Source of the DNA: Verrucomicrobiota bacterium
GTDB lineage: Bacteria; Verrucomicrobiota; Verrucomicrobiia; Limisphaerales; Palsa-1400
Direction: 5' to 3'
Length of the DNA: 42,702 nt
Assembly (NCBI GenBank): GCA_049510745.1
Contig: JBEKYR010000044.1
Span: 1-42,702 of the forward strand
Positions 12,593-23,815 of the stretch are shown here, piece after piece (the first letter of the stretch is position 1; each line of letters starts with the position of its first letter). The notes under the pieces were generated by a model, which saw nothing but the letters and a program-made list of their open reading frames with translations, did no database searches and had not been told where the DNA came from. The translations under genes and the position numbers were made by a program.

Positions 12593-12890
12593 AAATCGGA
12601 ATGGCTTCCCGGCGCACAGCCGCTTCAATGTATTTGTTGAGACGCGAGCAAAAATCCACCTTGCGGCCAATAATCGCGGCCAGTTCGTCGCCGTAGCCGA
12701 AGTAACGAAAACCAACGCCTTTGAGCGCGCCCGGCTCGAACTCTGCCAGCACATCCACGTCGCTACGCGCCGGATCGAAGTCCTCCCGCAAGACCGAGCC
12801 GAACAGGCTCAACTTGCGGATGCCGCGCGCGCGACAGAACTCCGCGATTTTCTCGCGGTCAATCTGGATGGGCAATTCGGCCACGCTCAT
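12579..12890 (-). CDS. Minimal nucleotidyltransferase (MntA-like) antitoxin
   Basis: LSLFGSVLREDFDPARSDVDVL (GS...DxD), GRKVD; directly upstream of HepT. Confidence 0.9.
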   Translation of the reverse strand: MSVAELPIQIDREKIAEFCRARGIRKLSLFGSVLREDFDPARSDVDVLAEFEPGALKGVGFRYFGYGDELAAIIGRKVDFCSRLNKYIEAAVRREAIPIYERA

Positions 12891-13020
12891 GGCACAAACC
12901 ATCGCGCAAAACTCGCTTCCGTGCAATCCTCATTCAAGTGAAGTGGTCTCTGTCGCGCCTCACGAGCGTTGGCGGATGGATTCCAGGACGGCGGCGATGT
13001 CGTTTTCGGCGTGGCCGTTC

Positions 13021-13110
13021 GTAATCGTAATCTTGATCCCCGTCTTACGCTTCCGCCTTCGCCAAAGCTATGGCGCGAGAGGCGGGAAGAGGATTAAGAT
13101 TAGGAATAGA
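13021..13110. repeat. Palindromic element with 6-mer arms (TAATC.. / GATTA..)
   Basis: gtaatcgtaatcttgatccccgtctt matches the reverse complement of 18315-18340 at 24/26 positions; right arm gaggattaagattagga. Confidence 0.75.
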
Positions 13111-13124
13111 ATCAAAACCTGCGC

Positions 13125-13682
13125 ATGAACAAAGATTCGGACGAACTGGCCTTTGTCGCCCTCGGCTCCAACCTCGGCGATTCGGCGGACTTGGTGCGGC
13201 GGGCCATCGAGAGGCTGCAATCGCTCTCCGCGGCGCCGCTGCTCCGTTCCTCGCTCTGGCAAAGCGCGCCGGTCGATTGCCCGCCCGGCTCGCCGCCCTT
13301 CGTCAACGCGGTCGCCGCCCTCCGTCCGCGCCCCGGTGAGACGCCGTCAACGCTGCTGCATCGGCTGCAAGAATTGGAGGCGGCCTTCGGGCGGGCGCCG
13401 AGGAAAATCCTGAACGAACCGCGCTTGCTGGACCTGGATTTGATCGCCTTTGGCTCGCGCGTCGTCCATGAGCCGGGGCTGGAGTTGCCGCATCCGCGGG
13501 CGCATCTGCGGCGGTTTGTCCTGCAACCGCTGGCGGAAATCGCGCCGGATTTTATTTTGCCCAAGCAGACCCGGAGCGTGCAGGAACTGCTGCGCCGCCT
13601 GCCGCCGGAGGCGAATCTGGCCAGAGTGACCACTCATCGCTTGTCACGCCCGCGCCCGCCGGGTAAGTTGCCGCCCACGTGA
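13125..13682 (+). CDS. folK: 2-amino-4-hydroxy-6-hydroxymethyldihydropteridine diphosphokinase
   Basis: AFVALGSNLG, FVNAV, EPRLLDLDLI, LPHPRAHLRRFVLQPLAEI. Confidence 0.96.
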   Translation: MNKDSDELAFVALGSNLGDSADLVRRAIERLQSLSAAPLLRSSLWQSAPVDCPPGSPPFVNAVAALRPRPGETPSTLLHRLQELEAAFGRAPRKILNEPRLLDLDLIAFGSRVVHEPGLELPHPRAHLRRFVLQPLAEIAPDFILPKQTRSVQELLRRLPPEANLARVTTHRLSRPRPPGKLPPT

Positions 13683-14734
13683 GTCAGAAAGCGTACGCAG
13701 CGGCGGGGGTCGATATCGATCTGGGCAACCAGGTCAAGTCTGCCCTGCCCCGGTTGCTGGCCGCCACCCGCCGCCGCGAGGTCCTGGGCCAGGTGGGCGG
13801 CTTCGGCGGCCTCTTCGCGCTGGATGCCGGGAAATTCCGCCAGCCCGTGCTGGTCGCCAGCACCGACGGCGTGGGCACCAAGCTCAAAATCGCCTTCGCC
13901 CTGGACCGCCACGACACCGTCGGGCAGGACCTTGTCAATCATTGCGTCAACGACATTGCCGTGCTCGGCGCCGAGCCGCTGTTCTTCCTGGATTACATCG
14001 GCGCCGGGAAACTGCGGGCGCGCGTCTTCAGGGAATTGATCGCCGGTTTCGCCCGCGCCTGCGCGGAGAATCATTGCGCGCTGCTCGGCGGCGAAACGGC
14101 GCAAATGCCCGGCCTCTACCAGGACGGCGAATACGACCTCAGCGGCACCATCGTCGGCGTGGTGGAAAAATCGGAGATTCTCGACGGCAAGGGCATCCGG
14201 CCGGGCGACGCGGTCATCGGACTGGCCTCCAGCGGGCTGCACACCAACGGCTATTCGCTGGCGCGAAAAATCCTCTTCGAGCAAATGAAACTCGACCCGC
14301 GCGGCGTGGTCCCCGAACTCAACGGCGGCCTCGGCCGGGAATTGCTCAAAGTCCACGTGAGTTACGGCTCGTTGATCCGCGCCGTCCTGAAAAAGTTCAA
14401 CCGCCCGCGCCGGCGCAGCCGTGTGGTCAAAGGCATGGCCCACATCACCGGCGGCGGATTCACGGACAACATCCCGCGCGTGCTTCCAAAAAAATGCGAC
14501 GCGGTGATTAAAAAAGGGTCGTGGGAGGTTTTGCCGATTTTTCAATTGCTCGCCGCCAACGGCGGGATCGCGGAGACGGAGCTTTACCAGGTGTTCAACA
14601 TGGGGGTCGGCCTGACGATGATCGTGGCGGCGGAGCAGGCGGAGGCGGTGCTCAGATTCATTCGCGCCCGCCGCACCCGCGCCTGGATCATCGGCGAAAT
14701 CGTCCGCGGACGCGGCGTGGCGCGAATTATTTGA
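13679..14734 (+). CDS. purM: Phosphoribosylformylglycinamidine cyclo-ligase
   Basis: YAAAGVDID, STDGVGTK, EPLFFLDY, GGETAQMPG, SSGLHTNGYS, AHITGGG, FNMGVG. Confidence 0.98.
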   Translation: MSQKAYAAAGVDIDLGNQVKSALPRLLAATRRREVLGQVGGFGGLFALDAGKFRQPVLVASTDGVGTKLKIAFALDRHDTVGQDLVNHCVNDIAVLGAEPLFFLDYIGAGKLRARVFRELIAGFARACAENHCALLGGETAQMPGLYQDGEYDLSGTIVGVVEKSEILDGKGIRPGDAVIGLASSGLHTNGYSLARKILFEQMKLDPRGVVPELNGGLGRELLKVHVSYGSLIRAVLKKFNRPRRRSRVVKGMAHITGGGFTDNIPRVLPKKCDAVIKKGSWEVLPIFQLLAANGGIAETELYQVFNMGVGLTMIVAAEQAEAVLRFIRARRTRAWIIGEIVRGRGVARII

Positions 14735-14742
14735 CAGACACG

Positions 14743-16023
14743 ATGAACATTTTCGACGAATTGGAATGGCGGGGCTTGGTGGCCGATTGCACGGACGCCC
14801 CGCAATTGCGCCAACGCCTGGAGTCCGGCCCCATTGTGCTTTACGCCGGGTTCGATCCGACGGCCGACAGCCTGCACGTCGGGAACCTGGTGCCGCTGCT
14901 GGCCTTGCGCCGCTTTCAAATGCTGGGCCATCATCCCATTGCCGTGGCCGGCGGCGCCACCGGACTGGTGGGCGATCCGAGCGGGCGCAGCACCGAGCGG
15001 CAGCTTCTGACCCCGGACGCGCTCAAGCACAACATCGCCTGCGTGAAGGAGCAGATGCGGCGGCTGCTGGATTTCGACGTCGCCGCCAACCCGGCCCGCC
15101 TGGTCGATAACGCGGATTGGACCGCGCCGGTCAGTTTTCTGGATTTTCTGCGGGACATCGGCAAGCATTTTTCTGTCAATCAAATGATCGCCAAGGAAAG
15201 CGTCCGGGCGCGCATGGACGACCGCGAGGCGGGCATCAGCTACACGGAATTCAGTTACATGCTGCTGCAAGCCTTCGATTTTTACCATCTGCACAAGGAG
15301 CATCGCTGCGAACTGCAGATCGGCGGCTCCGACCAGTGGGGCAACATTACCGCCGGGATGGAGTTGACCCGCAAGAAGCTCGGCACGCGCGTCTTTGGGC
15401 TGACCCTGCCCCTGATCCTCAACAGCGACGGCAGCAAATTCGGCAAGACCGCCGCCGGCGCCGTCTGGGTGGACGCGAAAAAAACCAGCGTGTACCGCTT
15501 CTACCAATTCTGGATTTGCACCGACGACCGCGACGTGCGGCGTTACCTGAACTATTTCACGTTCCTGGGCAAAGACGAAATCCAAGCCCTGGCCGCCCAG
15601 CACGAAGCCCGTCCCGAAGCCCGCGCTGCCCACAAGGCGCTGGCCAGGGCCATGACCGATCTGGTGCATGGCGAAAGCGCCGCCACGGAGGCCGCGCGCG
15701 CCAGCGAGATTCTCTTTGGCGGAGAGCTGGAAGGAATTGCCGAAAGCACCTTCCATGAAATCGTCGGCGAGGTCCCGACCCGCCAGATCGACAAGGCCAG
15801 GCTGGAAGGCGCCGGGACACCGTTGGTGGAACTTCTGGTGGACTCGGGCCTTTGCCCGTCAAAAGGGCAGGCGCGCAAGGACATCGAAGGAGGCGGCGTA
15901 TATGTCAACAATATCCGCGAAGCCGGCGCGCGGCGCAGCGTGACGACCGCCGATCTGCTCTTCGGCAGGCACCTGCTTTTGCGCAAGGGCAAGCGCAATT
16001 ACACCGTCCTCTCTGTCAAATAA
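14743..16023 (+). CDS. tyrS: Tyrosine--tRNA ligase
   Basis: LYAGFDPTADSLHVGN, LQIGGSDQWGNI, KFGKT, C-terminal S4 domain; ATG 14743. Confidence 0.98.
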   Translation: MNIFDELEWRGLVADCTDAPQLRQRLESGPIVLYAGFDPTADSLHVGNLVPLLALRRFQMLGHHPIAVAGGATGLVGDPSGRSTERQLLTPDALKHNIACVKEQMRRLLDFDVAANPARLVDNADWTAPVSFLDFLRDIGKHFSVNQMIAKESVRARMDDREAGISYTEFSYMLLQAFDFYHLHKEHRCELQIGGSDQWGNITAGMELTRKKLGTRVFGLTLPLILNSDGSKFGKTAAGAVWVDAKKTSVYRFYQFWICTDDRDVRRYLNYFTFLGKDEIQALAAQHEARPEARAAHKALARAMTDLVHGESAATEAARASEILFGGELEGIAESTFHEIVGEVPTRQIDKARLEGAGTPLVELLVDSGLCPSKGQARKDIEGGGVYVNNIREAGARRSVTTADLLFGRHLLLRKGKRNYTVLSVK

Positions 16024-16029
16024 CGAAAT

Positions 16030-17157
16030 ATGAAGCATCGCGCGGCTCGAATCGGGATCACCGCCCTGCTGGCCCTGGCCGCTTTGGCGGCGGACGCGGG
16101 CCAGGAACTTGTGTTCGCCGGCTCGGGCAAAAAGGACATCGAGGCCTTTCGGTTCGACCCGGCCACGGGCGCGTTGACGAGCCTGGGCCAGGCGGCCCGG
16201 ATCGCCCATCCTTCCTTTCTGGCCATCGCCCCCAACCATCATTTCCTCTACGCCATCAGCGAAGGCCGCGACCCGTCCGGCAGCAGCGTGAGCGCGTTTT
16301 CCATTGACGCGGCGGCGGGCAGGCTGGCGCTGTTGAATTGGCAGCCCGCCGGCGGCGCCGGGCCGTGTTATATCGAAGTCGATGCCGGCGGCAAAAACGC
16401 GCTGATCGCCAATTACAACAGTGGCAGCGCCGCGGTTTTCCCGCTGGCCGCGAACGGCGCGCTCGGCCCGATGTCGGCCTTTGTCCAGGACACGGGGTCG
16501 AGCGTCAACCCGGAGCGCCAGAAAGGCCCGCACGCCCACTGCATCGTCACCGACCCGGGCAGCCGGTTCGCGTTCGTCTGCGATCTGGGATTGGACAAGG
16601 TGATGATTTTTAGGTTTGACGCTGCCAGGGGATCGCTCGCGCCGGGCGAGCCGGCCTTCGTTTCGGTCAAGCCCGGCGCCGGGCCGCGCCACATCGCCTT
16701 TCACCCCAACGGCCGCTGGGCTTGCGTCATCAACGAAATGGGTTCGACCCTCACCGTCTTCGCCTGCGACGCCGCCCGTGGAACCCTGCGTGAAATCCAG
16801 ACTGAATCCACCCTGCCAAAGGATTTTTCGGGCCGGAACACCGACGCGGAAGTGGCCGTTCATCCCTCGGGAAAATTCGTCTATGCCTCGAACCGGGGCG
16901 ACGACAGCATCGCCGTTTTCGCGTGCGACCCGGAGACCGGGCGCCTGACCTTTGAGCAGCGGGCGCCCACCGGCGGCAAGACCCCGCGCCAGTTCGAGAT
17001 CGACCCGGCGGGGGCCTGGTTGCTGGCGGCCAACCAGGATTCGGACACGGTGGCAGTGTTTCGTATTGACACGAACACCGGCCATTTGCAGCCGGTGGGG
17101 ACGCCGGTCCACAGCGACAATCCCATGTGCGTCAAGTTCCTGCCCGCGGAGCCGTAA
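16030..17157 (+). CDS. pgl: 6-phosphogluconolactonase-like lactonase (7-bladed propeller), secreted
   Basis: PSFLA, ANYNSGS, RQKGPHAH, DLGLD, GAGPRH, YASNRG, GGKTPRQF, ANQDSD. Confidence 0.85.
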   Translation: MKHRAARIGITALLALAALAADAGQELVFAGSGKKDIEAFRFDPATGALTSLGQAARIAHPSFLAIAPNHHFLYAISEGRDPSGSSVSAFSIDAAAGRLALLNWQPAGGAGPCYIEVDAGGKNALIANYNSGSAAVFPLAANGALGPMSAFVQDTGSSVNPERQKGPHAHCIVTDPGSRFAFVCDLGLDKVMIFRFDAARGSLAPGEPAFVSVKPGAGPRHIAFHPNGRWACVINEMGSTLTVFACDAARGTLREIQTESTLPKDFSGRNTDAEVAVHPSGKFVYASNRGDDSIAVFACDPETGRLTFEQRAPTGGKTPRQFEIDPAGAWLLAANQDSDTVAVFRIDTNTGHLQPVGTPVHSDNPMCVKFLPAEP

Positions 17158-17188
17158 CCGGAGTCCGGGCTAACCTCCGGCAGGTGCG

Positions 17189-17950
17189 TCACGGAACCGG
17201 CAAAATGCTTTTCATTTCGCGCCGTTCTCCCAAACTCCGCTCAGGGCGGGGAAATCTGACCCAGATGAATCCTCCGATAAGGGTCGAGATCGTGGCCAAC
17301 CCCCACCACTCGATCCGAGTTCCCGGTCCCGGGCAGTCGAGACCCCAATCGTCCCAATGCAGCAATGAAACTCCCAGCGTGAAAATCCCCAACAGGACCA
17401 CAGTTGGCACGATAACGCGAACCCAGCGTTCGGGTTGCCGCATCCAGCCATGACCGCCGACCAGGACCACAGCCGCGCCGAAAAGGACGGTCACCGCTGC
17501 TGTGAGCCAGTCTTTGGTCGTCGCCGCCTCGATCATTATCCAGGACAGCGCTCCCGCAGCGATGACACCCAGGCAGCCATAGACGTGCCAGAGTTGTTGC
17601 CGGCGGCTGGGCGATCGCGGCTGGAGTGATTCCAACGTCTCGTCCATTCCATCTTCCATCCGAATCTGCTGTTGGCGGCGGTTTGTCCTGGTGATCAGGG
17701 TGATCAACCCGGCAAAATACCCGGCGGCCAACACCGCTAAAGCGCAGCCGAAGGCGACAGGAGACGAATCCACCAGCGGCGGCCCAAAAAAGATCATGGC
17801 CAATAACGCCGCCAGGGCAAGCAAGGCGTAAGCGCCAAAGAAACAAGTCTGCCGGATCAGAAACCGCTGTTCCCGAGGAGACGGGGTGTTGTTGATACTA
17901 AGTCTGATTGTCATCATTTCACCGTATATCGATTGTGTTTTCATATGCAC
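17189..17950 (-). CDS. Hypothetical multi-pass membrane protein
   Basis: About six hydrophobic segments; start uncertain. Confidence 0.55.
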   Translation of the reverse strand: MHMKTQSIYGEMMTIRLSINNTPSPREQRFLIRQTCFFGAYALLALAALLAMIFFGPPLVDSSPVAFGCALAVLAAGYFAGLITLITRTNRRQQQIRMEDGMDETLESLQPRSPSRRQQLWHVYGCLGVIAAGALSWIMIEAATTKDWLTAAVTVLFGAAVVLVGGHGWMRQPERWVRVIVPTVVLLGIFTLGVSLLHWDDWGLDCPGPGTRIEWWGLATISTLIGGFIWVRFPRPERSLGERREMKSILPVP

Positions 17951-18267
17951 AGTTAAGGACTCGATTCACATATTCATTGGACACGCCCGAAGGCATATAA
18001 GTTTCAAGAAAAACCCTGCGCGCCGGTTGTTACCGGCATATGACGGACATGTCCTTTGTTCGTCACCGCCCGGGCCGCAAACACCGCAAAAAAGACGCAA
18101 GCCGTCGCAATCGCAGTGTGCCACCACGGCGGAACCCGCTGCCACGTCAGCGCGCTGGAGCGGCGCGCTCCAACCCGTCCCAAAGCAAAAACAACACTTG
18201 CCATCAACAGAATTTGTTTCATTAACCGGGATACGCGCCTGGGCGCCCTTTGGTTACACATTTTTCT

Positions 18268-18367
18268 TCTTAATCTTAATCCTGCTCGTAATCTTAGTCC
18301 TTTTCTCCGAGGGCAAGACGGGGATCAGGATTACGATTAAGCTACCCAAAAACAGTGAGATGCGCCC
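18268..18367. repeat. 6-mer-arm palindromic element plus a GGGCGCATCTCA-type end
   Basis: tcttaatcttaatcc...aagacggggatcaggattacgattaag, then ccaaaaacagtgagatgcgccc (reverse complement of the 10485 end). Confidence 0.7.
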
Positions 18368-18453
18368 GCCGGCGAAATTGGGGTGCATCGGAGGTTGCCA
18401 GACGGGGCTTCTGCCGGTAGATTGCAGTGCTCGCCGGGAAGGCGAGTTTAAGC

Positions 18454-19851
18454 ATGAGTCAATTTTTAAACGGTCTCTATATTGCCGCGGGCGTCGTGTT
18501 CCTGTTTGGGGCGGCCATTTTTGTGCATGAGTTCGGCCATTATTGGGTGGCCCGCAAACGCGGCCTCAAGGTCGAGGCCTTCGCCATCGGCTTCGGCCCG
18601 AAAATCTTCTCCTGGGTGCGCGACGGCATCGAGTACTCGGTGCGGTGGATTCCCGCCGGCGGCTTTGTGAAATTGCCGCAGATGATCACCTCCGCCGCCA
18701 TCGAAGGCGGCGCCAAGGATGAACAGATTCCGCCGGCTGCGCCGTTTTCCAAGATTCTGGTCGCCGTCGCCGGCCCGTTCATGAACGTCGTGTTCGCTTT
18801 TGCCATTGCCGCCATTATCTATTTTGTCGGGCTTCCAGTGCCGGTCAACCCGTCGATCATCGGCTATGTTGATCCCAATTCGGCCGAGGCCAAACTGGGC
18901 ATTCACGAGGGCGACCGTATCGTCGCGATCAACCACAAACCGGTCAAATCGTGGGAGGAGATTTACAATTCGACCATTCTCGCCCTGACCAATGTGCTGC
19001 CGGTGACCATTGTCCATGCGGGGGTTTCCAATACCTACATGCTCAAAGCCGAGGTGAACAACCTGGTCGGGTTAAAGACGCTGGACCTGGACCCGCGCGA
19101 CCATTTGATCGTCAAATCCATTTCCGCGGGCAAACCGGCCGACGTGGCGCATCTGAAGGCGGATGACGAAGTGGTCGAGTTCGCCGGCGTGCCCATCAGC
19201 AGCCGGCAGCAATTGGTCAGCTTGATCCAAAAGCGCGGCAACCAGGCCACGCCCATCGCTGTCAAACGGGGCCGCCAGCGGCTCGCGCTCTCGGTCACGC
19301 CGGCCATGGACCCCTCGACCAGGAAGTGCCTCATCGGCGTCGAGTTCTCGCTGGGCAAAGACGTCTATGAAATCGAACATCCCACCCCCTGGGCGCAAGT
19401 GGCGGGCGTTTGCGAAGTGGTCTATGGCACGATCAGCGCCCTGGTGCATTCGCATGAGAGCGGCGTGAGGGCCAGCGACCTGAGCGGCCCGGTCGGCATC
19501 ATCGGCGTGCTGGCCGTCCAGGCCAACACCGACTACCGGCTGGCGCTGAGTTTCCTGGTGATGTTGAACGTCAACCTGGCCATTTTGAACATGCTGCCCA
19601 TCCCCGTCCTGGACGGCGGCCATATCGTGATGGCGATCCTGGAGCGGATTCGCCGCCGGCCGCTGGAGGTGCGCTTTGTCGAATACACCACCACCGCCTT
19701 CGCCGTCCTGCTCATTTCGTTCATGCTTTACGTGACCTTCTTTGACATTAAACGCATCCCGCTTTTCCATTTGATGTTTAATCGCGAGGCGCAGATCGAG
19801 CAGGCCGAAAAGCCCGCCGCCGCGCCTCCCGCGACCTCAACGGCCCAATAA
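18454..19851 (+). CDS. rseP: RIP metalloprotease RseP with two PDZ domains
   Basis: HEFGH, IPAGGFVK, AGPFMN, NMLPIPVLDGGH. Confidence 0.95.
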   Translation: MSQFLNGLYIAAGVVFLFGAAIFVHEFGHYWVARKRGLKVEAFAIGFGPKIFSWVRDGIEYSVRWIPAGGFVKLPQMITSAAIEGGAKDEQIPPAAPFSKILVAVAGPFMNVVFAFAIAAIIYFVGLPVPVNPSIIGYVDPNSAEAKLGIHEGDRIVAINHKPVKSWEEIYNSTILALTNVLPVTIVHAGVSNTYMLKAEVNNLVGLKTLDLDPRDHLIVKSISAGKPADVAHLKADDEVVEFAGVPISSRQQLVSLIQKRGNQATPIAVKRGRQRLALSVTPAMDPSTRKCLIGVEFSLGKDVYEIEHPTPWAQVAGVCEVVYGTISALVHSHESGVRASDLSGPVGIIGVLAVQANTDYRLALSFLVMLNVNLAILNMLPIPVLDGGHIVMAILERIRRRPLEVRFVEYTTTAFAVLLISFMLYVTFFDIKRIPLFHLMFNREAQIEQAEKPAAAPPATSTAQ

Positions 19852-19854
19852 AAC

Positions 19855-21660
<1,806 letters not shown>

Positions 21661-21727
21661 AGTCAACTATAACCTCGAGCGGGCCTTTTTCATTGCGTCC
21701 GCCCCTGGTTTCTCTAGCATCGCCTCC

Positions 21728-23308
21728 ATGCGATTCGCGCGCCTCATTCTGGCGGTGGGAGCCGCCGCCCTGGTCTTTCACCCGCCCGCGGCGCTTCCAG
21801 ACGGCGCGGACGGGAAGCCGGCGCCGCCCGGCGCCGCCGCCGAACCCGCTGCCCCCGTCCCCAATGTCATCGAAAACTCGGTCGTCAAAGTCTTCGCCAC
21901 CGTCCGCTATCCCGATTTCTACAAACCGTGGACCAAGGAATCCCCCGCCGACTTGACCGCCAGCGGGGTGGTGATCGAGGGGAAACGCATTTTGTCCAAC
22001 GCCCACGCCGTCCTCTACGCCAGCCAGGTGCAGGTGCAGGCCAACCAGGCCGGCGACAAAATCTCGGCCAGCGTCGCGGCCATCGCGCCGGAAATCGACC
22101 TGGCGGTCCTGAAATTGGACGACGAAACTTTTTTTGACACGCACCCGCCCCTGGCCCGGGCTCGCACTCTGCCCGCCATCAAAGATGTCGTCCTGGCTTA
22201 CGGCTACCCGCAAGGGGGGAACAGCCTCTCCATCACCAAGGGCATCGTTTCCCGCATCGAATTCGCCAACTACAATCTGGGCACCGCCGGCCTGCGCATC
22301 CAGATCGACGCCGCCATCAACCCCGGCAACAGCGGCGGGCCGGCCGTGGTGGGAGACAAAATGATTGGGCTGGCCTTCAGTCATCTGGCCAGTGCGGAAA
22401 ACATCGGCTACATCATCCCGTGCGAAGAAATCGACTTGTTCCTGGAGGACATTGCCGACGGGCATTACGACGGCAAACCGGCGCTGTTCGACGAATTTCA
22501 GCCGCTGGAGAACCCCGCCTTGCGCGCCTTCCTCAAGGTGGACAAGGCCGTCCAAGGCATCATTGTGCGCCAGCCCAGTTCCGCCGATCCGGGGTATCCG
22601 TTGCAGGCCTGGGACCTGATCACGCATATCGGGGAGACGCCCATCGACGATGAAGGCATGGTCAAGATCGAAGGCAATCTACGCGTCTTATTCACCTACA
22701 TGGTGCAACGGATCGCCAAGGACGGCAAAGTGCCGCTGACACTGTGGCGGGCCGGCAAGGAACTTCATCTCCAGACGCCCGTCCAGGCGAAGGAGCCGCA
22801 AGTCATTCCCGATCTGACCGGCGCTTATCCGTCTTATTTCGTCTATGGGCCGCTGGTCTTCTCCACCGCAAGTGTCGCGTTCGTCACGACCGGCAATCCC
22901 GCCAGCGCCGCCAGCCGCCGGTGGATGACCGCCCTGACGGCCGTCGGCAGTCCGCTCATCCGGCGCTTGGGCGACAAGCCCGCCTTTGACGGCGAAGGGC
23001 TGGTGGTGGTTTCCTCCCCGTTCTTCCCTCATAAATTATCCAAAGGATACGGCAGCCCCATGGGAGAGGTCGTCAAATCGGTCAACGGCATCGCGATCAA
23101 GAACCTGGATCATTTGGTGGCCGTGCTGCGGGACAGCCGGGACGAATTCATCCGCCTCGAATTCAGCGAGCACCATTCCGAAGCCCTCGTCTTTCCGCGC
23201 GCCCAGATGGTCGCCGCCACCGACGACATCCTGGCCGACAACGGCCTGCGCAGCCAGGGTTCGCCGGATACGCTGGCCGTCTGGAACGCCGGCAAATCCG
23301 CAAAATAG
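21728..23308 (+). CDS. Trypsin-like HtrA/Deg serine protease with PDZ domains (Deg2-like)
   Basis: Signal peptide; catalytic SNAHAV, IDLAVL, INPGNSGGP; second PDZ-like region PSYFVYGPLVF. TTGCGT-16nt-TAGCAT lies 7 nt before the ATG. Confidence 0.92.
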   Translation: MRFARLILAVGAAALVFHPPAALPDGADGKPAPPGAAAEPAAPVPNVIENSVVKVFATVRYPDFYKPWTKESPADLTASGVVIEGKRILSNAHAVLYASQVQVQANQAGDKISASVAAIAPEIDLAVLKLDDETFFDTHPPLARARTLPAIKDVVLAYGYPQGGNSLSITKGIVSRIEFANYNLGTAGLRIQIDAAINPGNSGGPAVVGDKMIGLAFSHLASAENIGYIIPCEEIDLFLEDIADGHYDGKPALFDEFQPLENPALRAFLKVDKAVQGIIVRQPSSADPGYPLQAWDLITHIGETPIDDEGMVKIEGNLRVLFTYMVQRIAKDGKVPLTLWRAGKELHLQTPVQAKEPQVIPDLTGAYPSYFVYGPLVFSTASVAFVTTGNPASAASRRWMTALTAVGSPLIRRLGDKPAFDGEGLVVVSSPFFPHKLSKGYGSPMGEVVKSVNGIAIKNLDHLVAVLRDSRDEFIRLEFSEHHSEALVFPRAQMVAATDDILADNGLRSQGSPDTLAVWNAGKSAK

Positions 23309-23309
23309 C

Positions 23310-23472
23310 TTTCTGCAATAAGCCGGATTGTAACATCCCTCGTTTCCTGGCATGTCACATCGGTTCCAAATGCGAAGGCTTGCCGCCGGGCCATCTTCAC
23401 AAGACAGAGGAAAGGCTCTCCGCTCCAACAGACTGCGGAAGCCACCACGTTGGCATCAAATACGACGCGCAC
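23310..23472 (-). pseudogene. Truncated PIN-domain toxin (TIGR00305/PIN_3-like)
   Basis: MRVVFDANVVASA start; after ~54 aa the frame runs into the antisense strand of the Deg protease and lacks the downstream RDPxDxxF-type acidic motif. Confidence 0.7.
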
Positions 23473-23719
23473 GGCGCGCCTTTCTCACTTTCTTTTGCAG
23501 GTCCAAAACATGCCCGATATCCGTCTCTGACGGTCCGGCCGGCGCCCCCGCGCTGGTGGATTCGAGAAAAGCGAGATCGGCGTCAATTTCCCTTTGCATT
23601 CTTTCGCGCAGCAGCGCGCGAAAGAATTCGCTCACGTTGCCGTAGTTCTGCTCCGCTTGTCGCCGGGCAAATTCAGCCATCGCCGGCGGAAGAGAAATGT
23701 TGATGCTGTCCATATTCAC
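23456..23719 (-). CDS. Ribbon-helix-helix (ParD/CopG-like) antitoxin
   Basis: SINISLP...YGNVSEFFRALLR; start GTG 23719 or ATG 23713; TTGCCA-17nt-TATTCT promoter with a TTGCCATT direct repeat (possible operator). Confidence 0.8.
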   Translation of the reverse strand: MNMDSINISLPPAMAEFARRQAEQNYGNVSEFFRALLRERMQREIDADLAFLESTSAGAPAGPSETDIGHVLDLQKKVRKARRARRI

Positions 23720-23815
23720 GGTTTCAGAATACATCTAATGGCAACAAATGGCAAACAGCCGAAAGCTGAGGTCTTTCCGCAACGGAGCGGAATTCAGAGG
23801 GCGACGCCACCCCGC

